From NCBI GenBank assembly GCA_026770705.1, contig JANJGN010000189.1:496001-560000 (forward strand): 64,000 nt of DNA. The letters are read 5' to 3'. The notes beneath the pieces are model-generated. The model had not been told where the DNA came from and ran no database searches. It worked only from the letters and a program-made list of their open reading frames with translations. Origin of the DNA: Isurus oxyrinchus (Eukaryota). The position numbers and the translations under genes are program-made. Below, piece after piece: positions 12,775-23,758 of this stretch (the stretch's first letter is position 1; the number at the start of each line of letters is the position of its first letter).

Positions 12775-13230
12775 ATCAAGAAGCTTGACACCATCCAGGA
12801 CAAAGCAGCCCGATTGATCTACACCCCATCCCCCACATTAAACATTCACTCCCTCCACAACGAACACACAGTGGAAGCAGTGTGTGTACCATCTACAAGA
12901 TGCACTGCAGCAACTCAGCAAGGCACCTTCCAAACCCACGACCTCTACCATCTAGAAGGACAAGGGCAGCAGACACATGGGAACACCACCACCTGGAAGT
13001 TCCCCTCCAAGCCACTCACCATCCTGACTTGGAAATATATCATCGTTCCTTCACTGTCACTGGGTCAAAATCCTGGAGCTCCCTCCCTAACAGCACTGTG
13101 GGTGTACCTACACCACATGGACTGCAGCGGGTCAAGAAGGCTGATCACCACCACCTTCTCAAGGGCAATTAGGGATGGGCATTAATGCTGGCATCACCAG
13201 TGACAGCCACATTCGATGTAAGAATTAAAA
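12775..13230 (+). mobile_element. CR1-type LINE 3' fragment
   Basis: KKLDTIQDKAARLI-encoding sequence followed by the shared 3' tail; similar to 27960-28280 and 48260-48870. Confidence 0.8.
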
Positions 13231-13785
13231 ATCTCACAGCACAATGTATTTATTGGGATCCTCCTGCACACACGCCCTGTCGAAGGAGCCTTTGTGGTTC
13301 CATTGTTAATCGAAGCAGATCAGACTTACTGCAACTACTTGCATTTATATAGCACCTTTAATGTAGCAAAATGTCCCAAGGCTCATCCGGGAATTGTTAG
13401 TCACATCTTCACCTGACTCTGAGGCACATGAGGAGATATAAGGGACAGGAGACCAACAGCTGAGTCAACAAAGTCAGTTATTAACGGGCATCTTAAAGGA
13501 GGAGCTGGAGATAGAGAATGAGAGACAGACACAGAAAGAAAGACAGAGAGAGGGAGAGAGAGAACAAGAGAGCGAGAGAGAGAGACAGTGAATCTCGGTC
13601 CCCAGTGGCTCCGCATCCAGTCCTCTCTGGAGAAGCATTTCATTCCAAACCACACCAACCGCAGCCCAATCCCATCCCTTCCTCCCTCTCTCCCCCTCTC
13701 CCCCAGTGGGTTGTTTCCTGTTCCCAGGAATCTCAATCACTACCCCCACCCCCACACCTCCTCACTCCCACTCCCCATTTCTCAT

Positions 13786-14034
13786 TCAGTTATGCTCGAA
13801 CCTGATCTGTGCGTATTCCGTCTCCTCTTCCCTGTGGACAGACCCATCATCACTGGACATCCTCAATACTTGGGGATTGGCGTAGAGAAGGCCGTCGGGA
13901 TTGTCGATGTGCCAATGTCCAGCATCGCCTCCCAATGCACCTTCAGAGAGACCCCGGGGAGCTGGGGTCTCCCCCTCGCTAGTTGTGTCTCTGGTTGTGT
14001 TCCGGGGCTCAGAAATCAGCACGTTCTGTTTACC
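13786..14034 (-). pseudogene. Orphan Siglec terminal cytoplasmic exon O2 (LLYANP; ITSM TEYAQI)
   Basis: 249-nt open exon with intact acceptor. Its upstream intron runs into a minisatellite and then the oppositely oriented Siglec B promoter. Confidence 0.7.
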
Positions 14035-14179
14035 CTACAGAGAAATGGAAACAGAAGACATCCTCACATCATTTACTGGCACTGATAGGGTTAAATTATT
14101 GAGCAGCCTCGTTAGTGTCAGTCTTGTCTCAGTGGGTTTAACCCTCTCTCTCATGTCATCTGAAAGAAACCACCTATGG

Positions 14180-15048
14180 CAGTGCAGTGCTCCCTCAGTA
14201 CTGACCCCCCCGACTGTGCAGCACATTCTCAATAGTGACCCTCTGTCAGTCTCACACTCCCTCATTACTGACCCTCTGTCAGTCTTGCACTCCCTCTGTA
14301 CAGTGCAGCACTTCCTTAGCACTGACCCTCTGACAGTGCAGCACTTCCTTAGCACTGACCCTCTGACAGTGCAGCACTCCCTCGGAACTGACCCTCCATC
14401 AGTGCAGCACTCCCTCAGTACTGACCCTCCAACAGTGCAGCACTTCCTTAGCACTGACCCTCTGACAGTGCAGCACTCACTCAGTACTGACCCTCCATCA
14501 GTGCAGCACTCCCTTAGCCCTGACCCTCTGACAGTGCAGCACTCCCTCACTACTGACCCTCCAACAGTGCAGCACTGCTTTAGCACTGACCCTCTGACAG
14601 TGCAGCACTCACTCAGTACTGACCCTCCAACAGAGCAGCACTCCCTTAGCCCTGACCCTCTGACAGTGCAGCACTCCCTCACTACTGACCCTCCAACAAT
14701 GCAGCACTGCCTTAGCACTGACCCTCTGACAGTGCAGCACTCCCTCAGTACTGACCCTCCAACAGTGCAGCACTCCCTTAGCCCTGACCCTCTGACAGTG
14801 CAGCACTCCCTCAGTACTGACCCTCCAGCAGTGCAGCACTCCCTTTTCACTGACCCTCTGACAGTGCAGCACTCCCTCAATACTGACCCTGCAACAGTGC
14901 AGCACTTCCTTAGCACTGACCCTCTGATGGTGCAGCACTCCCACATTACTGACCCTCTGACAGTGCAGCACTCACTCAGTACTGACCCCTCCAACATTGC
15001 AGCATACCCTCTGCACTGACCCTCTGACAGTGCAGCACTCCCTCAGTA
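14180..15048. repeat. 33-bp minisatellite array
   Basis: About 26 direct tandem units. Confidence 0.92.
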
Positions 15049-15269
15049 ATGATACCACAGATTGTTGACATGGACCATATGGCCAGAGACCTGTATTGGG
15101 AACTCTTATCGCTTGAGTTTCAGCCTCCGAGGTGAGGGGAAGGGGTCTAACCCCACAGAGCCAATGGAGAAGCTTCATGACTACAGCTGCCCAAATATGA
15201 GCTGACAGATCATCACATGGTAAACGTTTTGCTGAGAGCACAAAACATCCTCAATCTTCTCACTGGTTA

Positions 15270-15412
15270 CCCACTTCCTCATTTTGTCTCACAGTGACAC
15301 ATCCACCCTTTCTAATTAAACACACAGAGGGGGCAGCACAGGAAGAGGTCATTCAGCCCAAGCAGAGCGTGTGGGCAGTTCCTCCCCAGGCAAGCAGTCG
15401 GACAGGTCCTGG
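15270..15412 (+). promoter_or_regulatory. Siglec B: putative promoter (PU.1/ETS) and non-coding exon 1
   Basis: CACTTCCTCATTTT at 15272-15285, CAGGAAG at ~15339, GG/GTAAGT donor at 15413; inverted copy of 6571-6712. Confidence 0.55.
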
Positions 15413-15862
15413 GTAAGTAACGGAACGATTGGAATTCACTTCCACCACCAACACCGTCCTTTGTTGATGTTGTGACTTTATAAAGACAGATTCCAATGAT
15501 TGATGCCTTTGAAAGATTTCTACTGATTATTGAGATCTGGGTGTGAGGCTCAAGTCTGTTGTACAGAACATCTTTCTAGCTCAAGGGATGAGGGAAGAGC
15601 AGGGACATGAGCTTTGGGATATCCTGAGGTGGTGAAAGGTGCTATAGAAATGCAAACCCTTCATTGTTTTTCTTTGTTAAAGTCTTGTGACTCTCTGCAG
15701 AGCACCTATCATCCCACAGAGAATCAAATTAGTCAGTGAAGACATTGTCTAAAAGCCGTTCTGATCTCTCGAGAGCTGTCGGACAAGAGGTGAGGTCTCA
15801 TTGTCTCCTTTCTCTTTCAGAGTTTGAGAGTCAGAAGTGGATGGAATATCTGGGAGTGGACA

Positions 15863-15902
15863 ATGATCGGGAAATCTTACTTCCTCCTGTCACTTCTCCA
15901 AG
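15863..15902 (+). CDS. Siglec B: signal-peptide exon coding part (MIGKSYFLLSLLQ-G)
   Basis: TTTCAG acceptor at 15819-15820, ATG at 15863, phase-1 GTAATA donor at 15903. Confidence 0.85.
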
Positions 15903-17149
15903 GTAATACCATCGTCAGCTCAGACAGATTTATGGCTAACAGTCTTTGTAAAAGATCATTTTTATTGAGCTGTGATTGGGAACCGATTCAGCAGTGAGCC
16001 AGTGTACAAACTCACACCAAGTCCCATTCATCCATCACCCCTGTGCTCACTGATATACACTGACTCCCTGTCTGACAGCAGAATTGGAGGAGAGTAGAGA
16101 TCTCAGAGGGTTGTAAGAACTGGAGGAGGTTACAGAGATAGGGAGGGGAGAGGGTGGATTGCGGGTAAGAAATCAATGATGAGAATTTGAAATTTGAGTC
16201 ATTGCTGGACTGGGAGTCAGTGTAGTTCAGCCAGTGACAGGGGAGCGATCGGCTGAATAGAGAATCAGGGATAAAAACTGAGGAATGAGGTCTATCCTGA
16301 TGTTAGGACTCGGATAACAATGCCCTGAAATTTTGTGTCATTTGCTGATTTTAGTCAGAATTTCCTATAAAGACAACACAGCAGCTCCTAGAATAGACAG
16401 GCTGTTCAGTGTCACACTTCCTGTCCATTCTCACCTTGCTAGATACTTCAATAAGGGAGCAAGATAACTGAAAGAGAGAAGGGAGGCAAAGCTGTCTGTG
16501 TGCAAAACTGTCAAATATTCTGAGTTATCATAATTGTCTCTGACCTGCTGCAGAGTTTAAATTTCACAGAATCTGAGCACTTTGCAGCTCAGAGAGAGAC
16601 CATTGACTCACTGCCTGAAAGGGCGGTGGAAGCAGATTCAACAGGAACTTTCAGAAGGGGAACTGGATAAATACTTGAAGGGGACATTTTGCAGGGCTGT
16701 GGAGGAGAGAGCAGAGGTTAGAGTGGGACTTATTGGACAGAACTTTCAAAGGTCCAGCACAGGCTCGATGGGCCAAATGACTTCCTTCTCTTCCAGATCA
16801 TTCTGCAATCTGATAAATTAAGCCCCACATCAATAACTCTTAAGGCTCCTGCTGCAGGGATGGATCTTTGACAAGGACAGAGAATAAGAGGTTTCTGGTA
16901 TCATTTTCATATTGTACTGAATCTTGCTGCCAGAATGTTTGGTCACCGCTGATCACCATGTTGTGTTTTTATAATGATATAAAGGCACCAGCCACTGATA
17001 CGGAATTGGGTAAATACATTGTGGGTTCAGTTATTTCAAATAGGGACATGAGAACAGATGTACAAGGATAGAAAGCTGGGAGACACCTGCAGCCAAACTG
17101 TGTGAGCTGTGTTCTGCTCACAGACCAAAGTGAAACTTGGACTGGATGG

Positions 17150-18420
17150 TGTTATCATCCCAGCTGATGTTACTACTGGGCAAGTCAGATCCCAGGGTGG
17201 AACTCAGCTTGATAGGTCCTAAATTATATTTTTTATTTAGGAATGTGGAGTGCGGCTACTGAACAGAGTCACAGGAGTCATCTGATGAACTTCTAACAAA
17301 AGAATAAAACATTTATTAAACTAGGAAAGACAAACGATATGACATTACTCCTTCACCCAGACCTATACATTTACAGTTTCATAAGGATAACACAATTACA
17401 ATAACTAACTTATACTCTCATGTTCACACTAAGTACACAGTCGATGTAAAACAGTAGACGACCTGGGGTCAGGGACACCACATTCTGAAACCAAGTGACA
17501 GAACCCACTTGAAACAAATGCTCCGGGTCCCTCCTCAACTGACTCTAGACGCTTGTTACACCGTGAGGCAACTGGTCTAACGAAACTGCTTCTTTCACAT
17601 GAGGGTTTCCAATCTCTACTCACCAAGTGCTCTCTTTGGAATCTTCTCCAACATGACACTTTCACTCAGACACCTTCCACACGGGTCCACTTTCACTATT
17701 TCAAACTCTCCTTCCCATGTTCCTGCCCCCTGGATCGCCATGTGCATTCAGCCTTCCTTCCACGCCCTGTCTCTCCAATGCTCAGCCGTGTCAATGGAAC
17801 ACCATGGCTTCACATGGCCGTAGTAATGAGTCACCAACCTGTGGTGTCTCCTAGGATCTTCTGGCTTCTCACAAGCCTATTTTGCTTTGGGTCTGTGTCC
17901 TTTTGCCCATTCTCTTTTAGCTTGGATCCCTCCTCTGAACCTCAACCTTAACTTGACTTAACAGGACCTTGTCCAGATTCCTGATCTTCCTTGGACTAGA
18001 AGGTCTTCTTGGCCCTTTCTCCTGTTCCACTTGATGGTTTTTGCTTCTTCTATAATTTGGGACTGACTATCTGTCCCGCTCCTTTGCTGCGTCTCCTGGC
18101 AACTCCTTTCAACAGAACTGAAAGTACTTTTCTGTTTTTCTCGGTCTCTGTGGGTCCTTCCCTCTGGATCACTGTTGCCAGGCAACAGCACAGTTTCTTA
18201 CACCTTGTATTTGTTTTGACTTCCCTTCAACAGTCACCAAACCTCATTAGATTGCTGGCTTCTATAAAAATGAAACTAAAAGTCAAGTTTCCCCCTTTCT
18301 TAACACACAAATACAGAAATCAAACTAAACTTGAACTTAAAGATAGACCTTATGCCTAACACACACAAATACACATAGAACTTACTTAATCTATCCCCAG
18401 TTCCTAAAAATCACATGACA
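17150..18420. mobile_element. LTR-like element (TGTTAT...ATGACA)
   Basis: Short terminal inverted ends and non-coding interior; no clear target-site duplication found. Confidence 0.4.
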
Positions 18421-18474
18421 CACTTCCCCTCGAGTGATGTCATGCTGCTATCCCTGAAAGGCATATTACAACAG

Positions 18475-19403
18475 TGTTATCACTTGACAGGTGATGTGTG
18501 CCAGGCAGACCAAGTCCATGAGAGAAAGGTGGTCACACGATCATAATGATTTTGCAATTTGTATTTATTATGAGATGTGTGCACTGAATTCAGAAGCAAT
18601 AATTACTCTAGGAACTTTAGAGATTTGAAAATTAAATTAAAATACTTGCTCTCAGAAGAAATGATATCATGCATGTACGTGACACTACAATTACCATTTT
18701 AATAATAATTCTTAAAATTCCGAAATAACCTGACTCCCAGTTACACTCCCTTTAAGGCAACGGTCCAAAAATAGAGTTTATATTTAAAACAAACTCAGCA
18801 AGTTAACACAATATAAAAGCAATACCCTGCACAGAGGAATTCCAAGTGGCTTTTCCCCAACTTCAGTTCTGTTGGATAGCGGGCTTGTGCACAAATGCTA
18901 GTGGTTTCATTAAGACTATATCACACACTCGTGTTAGATCTTACATGGCATTCTGACACATAGCCTTTCATTCTCCCTGATAGATATATATTTCTCTCTT
19001 TGTAAAATGAAAATTCTATTGTTCCAAATGTTTTTGAAACTGTATCTTCCTCATAACAAATTCTTTTGTGGTGCCCATATTGCCAGGAGCCTTTGAGAAA
19101 AATAAGCACATTCCTTAGTCTTGCTTATCTGCCTAGTTGTAAACAAACTAAGATTCCTTTGAAATCCAACAACCCCTTCATTGAAATAAAAATGCAAATT
19201 CTCTTCATACCTTCCATGCTAAGCAGCATCCATGTTTACTCAATAGCATGTCAAGCACCTAGCACCTTTTGATCATTTTAAACTTCCAATCTAATTAACT
19301 CCAAATGTACTTAAATCACATGCAGACCCATCATGCGTACCACCATAAACCTACTTCACAATATACCATAAAATATTATGAAAATTATTATACTTTCATC
19401 ACA
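18475..19403. mobile_element. Solo LTR (same family as 49319-50213)
   Basis: TGT...ACA ends, near-TSD acag/atag, end-to-end homology with 49319-50213. Confidence 0.7.
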
Positions 19404-19795
19404 ATAGGAACCACTGCCTTAGACACTGAGGATCTAGGACAGCTAGGCCAATTCATGATTCATGATGGTGATAATGGGGGAATTCTGAAGGCTCCTAATC
19501 CATTGTCCTAGTTTGTAAATACAGCAGTGAACTCACTTCAATTAGTGTGTCTTGTAGACACTGTGTTGGGTGGAAGACTGGCTTCACTAAACAGGTTCCT
19601 GAGGGCCACGAGCCAATGTAGAATGAACTTGTCCACTCCTGTATCCAGGATTCTCTTCAATGTGTTGTGAAACATTGGGGCATTCATTGTGAGTCCAGAC
19701 TGCAGCCACTGTGCCCCAGTGATGGAGGGGGTGGATTTTGAGTCTAGTGGATTGACAAAACATTCAGAGTTAAATATTGATATTTCTCCCCCTAG

Positions 19796-20161
19796 CTGGA
19801 CTACCACAAGTGTGGAAAGGTGACACTCCACAAGAGGTGACAGCGCAGGAAGGTTCGTGTGTACAGATTCCGTGTCATTACAGCTACCCATCATATTTAG
19901 TACCGAGATCACCTGTTGGAATCTGGTATATGAGAAGGAATTGGGAAACATGGTCTATAGCCTTTCACTCCAAGGATCACAGTCGCGAGTTACCACGGTT
20001 CCACCATCGGACCCGGCTTTCTGGAGACCTGAAAGATGGTGACTGTTCCCTGATTATAAACAACATCAGACGGGAAGATGCAGGATATTATTTATTCAGA
20101 ACAGATTTTGACAGCAGGAATAGATACAACGACCGTCCTGAAACCCAGCTTCATGTTTCTG
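19796..20161 (+). CDS. Siglec B: V-set exon V1 (loop-divergent)
   Basis: 366-nt phase 1-1 open exon, CCTAG acceptor and GTAAGT donor; CVQIPC, DCSL and YYLFR with the essential Arg retained. Confidence 0.88.
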
Positions 20162-21039
20162 GTAAGTGCTATGTTATAATTACTCAACAATTCACATCCA
20201 ACACTCAATGGGAAATAATAGTGTTTGATTTGCTTGTTTTTTGGCCGTGTTAACCAGCGTCACTATTTTTAATGATTTGTCTATTTCTGCTCCCAGATCC
20301 ATGAGCTTATTGTGTGTGATTGAATCCACATCATAGCTGTAACGTAAACCGAGCTGAGGGGTGATGACACCTCCCCCCTGAGTGAAGTGTCTCCTCCCCA
20401 CTACACCTTCCACCCCTCACACTGTCTGTGTAATCTCCCGTCCCATCCCCAGCCTCTCTTTCCCCTCCAAAGTCCTGCAACGTGTTTCCATCTCCCGAAT
20501 CCGTTCCCATCTTTCCCGGAACTCCATGTTTGAATCCCTCCAATCAGGTTCCCACCCCAGCCACTGTGCTGAAACAGCTCTTATTTTTATTGAGCCAATG
20601 CCAAGCCCCGATACCGAGCGAGAGCCTCCTCATTTGCTGAGTTTAAGGTGATGAGTCAGCCCCTTAGTCCGTAGAGGGGATTCTCCTCGGTAATGTGCAG
20701 CCTTGTTTGTGTCTCTCCACAAGCGCATGAGGGGTTTGTACAGAGGCTGCAGCGCTGGAGGGGGTCTGCACAGGGGTCCTGGCCTGTCCTGAGCCGGTTT
20801 TAGCAAGGACCACTCTGGCCTTGGCAGCTGAAAGCCAGCCATTGGACAGACGGGGCCTGTCACAAGGAGCCTGTTAGTCACTCCCCCCCCGTGTCTCCTG
20901 TGCTCAGATCCAGACCATGTTGGCTGGTGGATCTGGCTCAGGAAGGGTCCTCCCCATGGGACCCCCAGATGGAAGGTGGGTCGAGCGGGTCAGTCACTTG
21001 CATGTTTATTCTGCAGCTTTAATATTTTAAGAAAGTAAG

Positions 21040-21775
21040 AATGTAGGAACATAAGAAATAGGGACAGGAGCAGGCCATTCGGCCCCTCGAGCCTGCTCTC
21101 ACTGATCTGGTTGCGGCCTTAACTCCATTTTCCTGCTTGTCCCCCAATCCCTTGACTCCCTTGTCGATCAAAAACCTGCCTCACTCAGCCTTGAGTCTAT
21201 TCAATGGCCCAGCCTCCACTGCTCTCTGGGGAAGAGAATTCCACAGGCTAGCGCCCCTCTGAGAGAGGAAATTCCTCCTCATCTCAGTCTTAAATGGGAG
21301 AGCACTCATTCCGAAACTGTGCTCCCTGGTTCTAGATTCCCCCACGAGGGGGAAACATCCTCCCAGCATCCACCCTGTCAAGCCCCCTCGGAATTGGATA
21401 TGTTTCAATAAGGTCACCCCTCATTCTTCTAAACTCCAATGGATACAGGCCCAACCTGCTCAACATTTCCTCACAGGACAAACCCTTTAATCCCAGGAAT
21501 CAGCCCAGTGAAGCTTCTCTGAACTGCCTGTACACAATGATCCTGTTACAATCTCACTAACGCCCTGTGCAGCTGTTGCAAGACTTCCCTCCTTTTATAC
21601 TCCATCCCTTTGCAATAAAGGCCAACGTTCCACTTGCCTTCCTCATTCTGTGGTGTTCCTGAATGCTGACTTTCTGTGATTCATGTACCAGGACACCCAG
21701 ATCCCTCTGTACTGCATTCTGCAGCCTGTCTCCATTTAAATTATATCCTGTTTTTCTATTCTTCCTGACAATATA
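21040..21775 (-). mobile_element. CR1 LINE 3' fragment
   Basis: QRDLGVLVHESQKV and KTEMRRNFLSQR CR1 ORF2 C-terminal motifs, plus the CR1 3' tail. Confidence 0.85.
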
Positions 21776-21892
21776 ATTTGTTGCCATTCTCCTCAGTATT
21801 GACCATCCCCCCAATTCAGCCTCATCTGTAAATATCGGGTTCAGTGGATCCACAAACCATTCAGAGTTAAATATTGAGATTTCTCTCCCCAG

Positions 21893-22258
21893 CTGAACCC
21901 TCGCAAGAGTGGAAAGGTGACAATCCACGAGAGGTGACAGTGCAGGAATGTTCCTGTGTACAGATTCCATGTCATTACAGTTATCCATCGTGTCTGGAAA
22001 ACCAACCGCGAGGTGGAGTCTGGTTTAATAATGAGGAATGGAGAACATCGTCTATAGCCTTTCACTCCAAGGATCACAGTCACGAGTTACCACGGTTCCA
22101 CCATCGGACCCGGCTGTCTGGAGACCTGAAAGATGGCGACTGTTCCCTGATTATAAACAACATCAGACGGGAAGATGCGGGACCTTATTTTTTCAGAATA
22201 GAATTTGACAATGGTCTGAGCCATAACTATTACCCTGTAACCCAGGTTCACGTTTCTG
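21893..22258 (+). CDS. Siglec B: V-set exon V2 (near-identical to the Siglec A V exon)
   Basis: 366-nt phase 1-1 open exon, CCCAG acceptor and GTAAGT donor; YFFR Arg retained; two extra Cys. Confidence 0.88.
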
Positions 22259-22986
22259 GTAAGTGCTGTGTTATAATTACTCAACAATTCACATTCAACA
22301 CTCAATGGGAAATAACACAAACTGTGACGTTTACGTATTAACACAAAACACAGCTTATTATAACACACTGTCTGATTCTCAATAACCTGGTGATCGCTTC
22401 CAATTCACTCCTAAAGCAACCTCTAATACTCACTTTAATATCAATGATTAAATGTATTGACTGTGTCCATCAATGTTATCAGGTTATCCACTCCTATCGA
22501 TCTCTCTAATCCTGTCTCAAAGTCTGACTTAGCGACAGAAGAAAGATTCACATTTCTGTAGCACCTTTCACCACCTCAGCATGGACCAAATCACTTCACA
22601 GCCAATGAGCTGATTCCTGAATTGTAGTTACTATTGTAATGTGGGAAACACAGCAACCAATTTGCACACAGCAAGCTCCCACAAATTGCAAAGTAAAAAA
22701 TGGCCCAGATCGCTGAGTGACTGATGGGTTAGTGCACTCCAAACTCTGGTCTGCTCCACCACCCTCACCCACTATTATCAGTTCAAGTGTCTCGGAGTGA
22801 ACGTGTATTAAGCTGAGAGACAGAAACACCAAAGTCTCAAAGCAGGAAATTCTCTCCTAATCATTGTAACCTCTCAGATCTGATATCATCCTTGTAAAAG
22901 TGCTTTTTCTTGTGGGATTGTGATTTCTATTTGAACTGATGCTTCACGTTATATTTCTCTAAAAGGATCCATTCTCTGTCAGTTAG

Positions 22987-23283
22987 ATTTCACAGATAAA
23001 CCCACGATATTCCCTGCTGAAATTATCGCAGGAAAGCCTGTGGATGTAAGCTGCACCTTCAACACAACGTGCAATGGAACAGCAGCACCTGTCTTAACCT
23101 GGGATACTCCCACTGACGTACCTGGATCAGTCTCAAACACTGTAACTCAGCATGGTGTCACTCTGACCTATACTTCTGTTCTGACCCTGATCCCATCACT
23201 CAAACACCACAGACACACTCTCAGCTGCAGAGTGAGATATCCATCTGTTGCATCGGAGCGGACCCTCGTACTAACTGTGCAAG
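22987..23283 (+). CDS. Siglec B: first C2-set exon
   Basis: 297-nt phase 1-1 exon, near-identical to 1070-1366. Confidence 0.9.
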
Positions 23284-23604
23284 GTAAGTACAGACACCCT
23301 TCATTCTACATCAGCACTCCCTCAGCGCTGACCCTCTGACAGTGCAGCCCGTTCTCAGTGTCCACATTCTCATGCCTCTCAAAGTGCTTCACAGTCGATA
23401 GAAGTTAACTGATCTTTATTTGATTGTTGCTGAATGAAGAGACAAGCTGTCTAAACTTTACATCTCACACACATTATTTTCCATGGCAACACCTCCTCCA
23501 ATCAGAGACCACTTGCTGATTAACCAGCACTCTCTTCCCTTTAAATATAAATTGTTGTTCACTTTCTGTTGGTAAACCTGCAATCTGTCTTGTTGAGTCC
23601 GGTC

Positions 23605-23758
23605 CTGACATCTGAATATCACAATGAACAGAACAAGTTCCAACAATGAGCTGTGGTTGGTGATTCCTCACGTTACATCCAGGGACACTGGAGACTATCA
23701 GTGTGCTCAGAGAATGAACATGGAGCAGTGGAGGGGTTCATAACCATCACTGTGGAAC
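23605..23758 (+). pseudogene. Siglec B: dead C2 exon (3' half only)
   Basis: Matches MNRTSSNNELWLVIPHVTSRDTGDYQC. The acceptor and 5' half are replaced by unrelated sequence, and there is a 1-nt frameshift after the Cys (TGTGCTCAGAG vs TGTGTGGCAGAG). Confidence 0.8.

Noticed and set aside
13901-15019. Long ORFs of 372 and 320 aa with TVQHSLSTDPL / RECCTVRGSVL repeats (also 25720-26659, 43289-43733, 57004-57273, 58747-59175)
   Set aside because: They are translations of the 33-bp minisatellite, whose length is divisible by 3 and which lacks stops. They are not Cys-rich or mucin genes.
14180-15048. CRISPR-like appearance of regular 33-37-bp repeats
   Set aside because: The units are head-to-tail with no unique spacers, there are no cas genes, and the context is a vertebrate genome.
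2225-22258. V exons as rearranging Ig/TCR/IgNAR segments
   Set aside because: Each V is a complete exon including the G strand and ends in a GT donor. I saw no RSS, D or J segments, and the Cys pattern is Siglec-type (B-E), not B-F.
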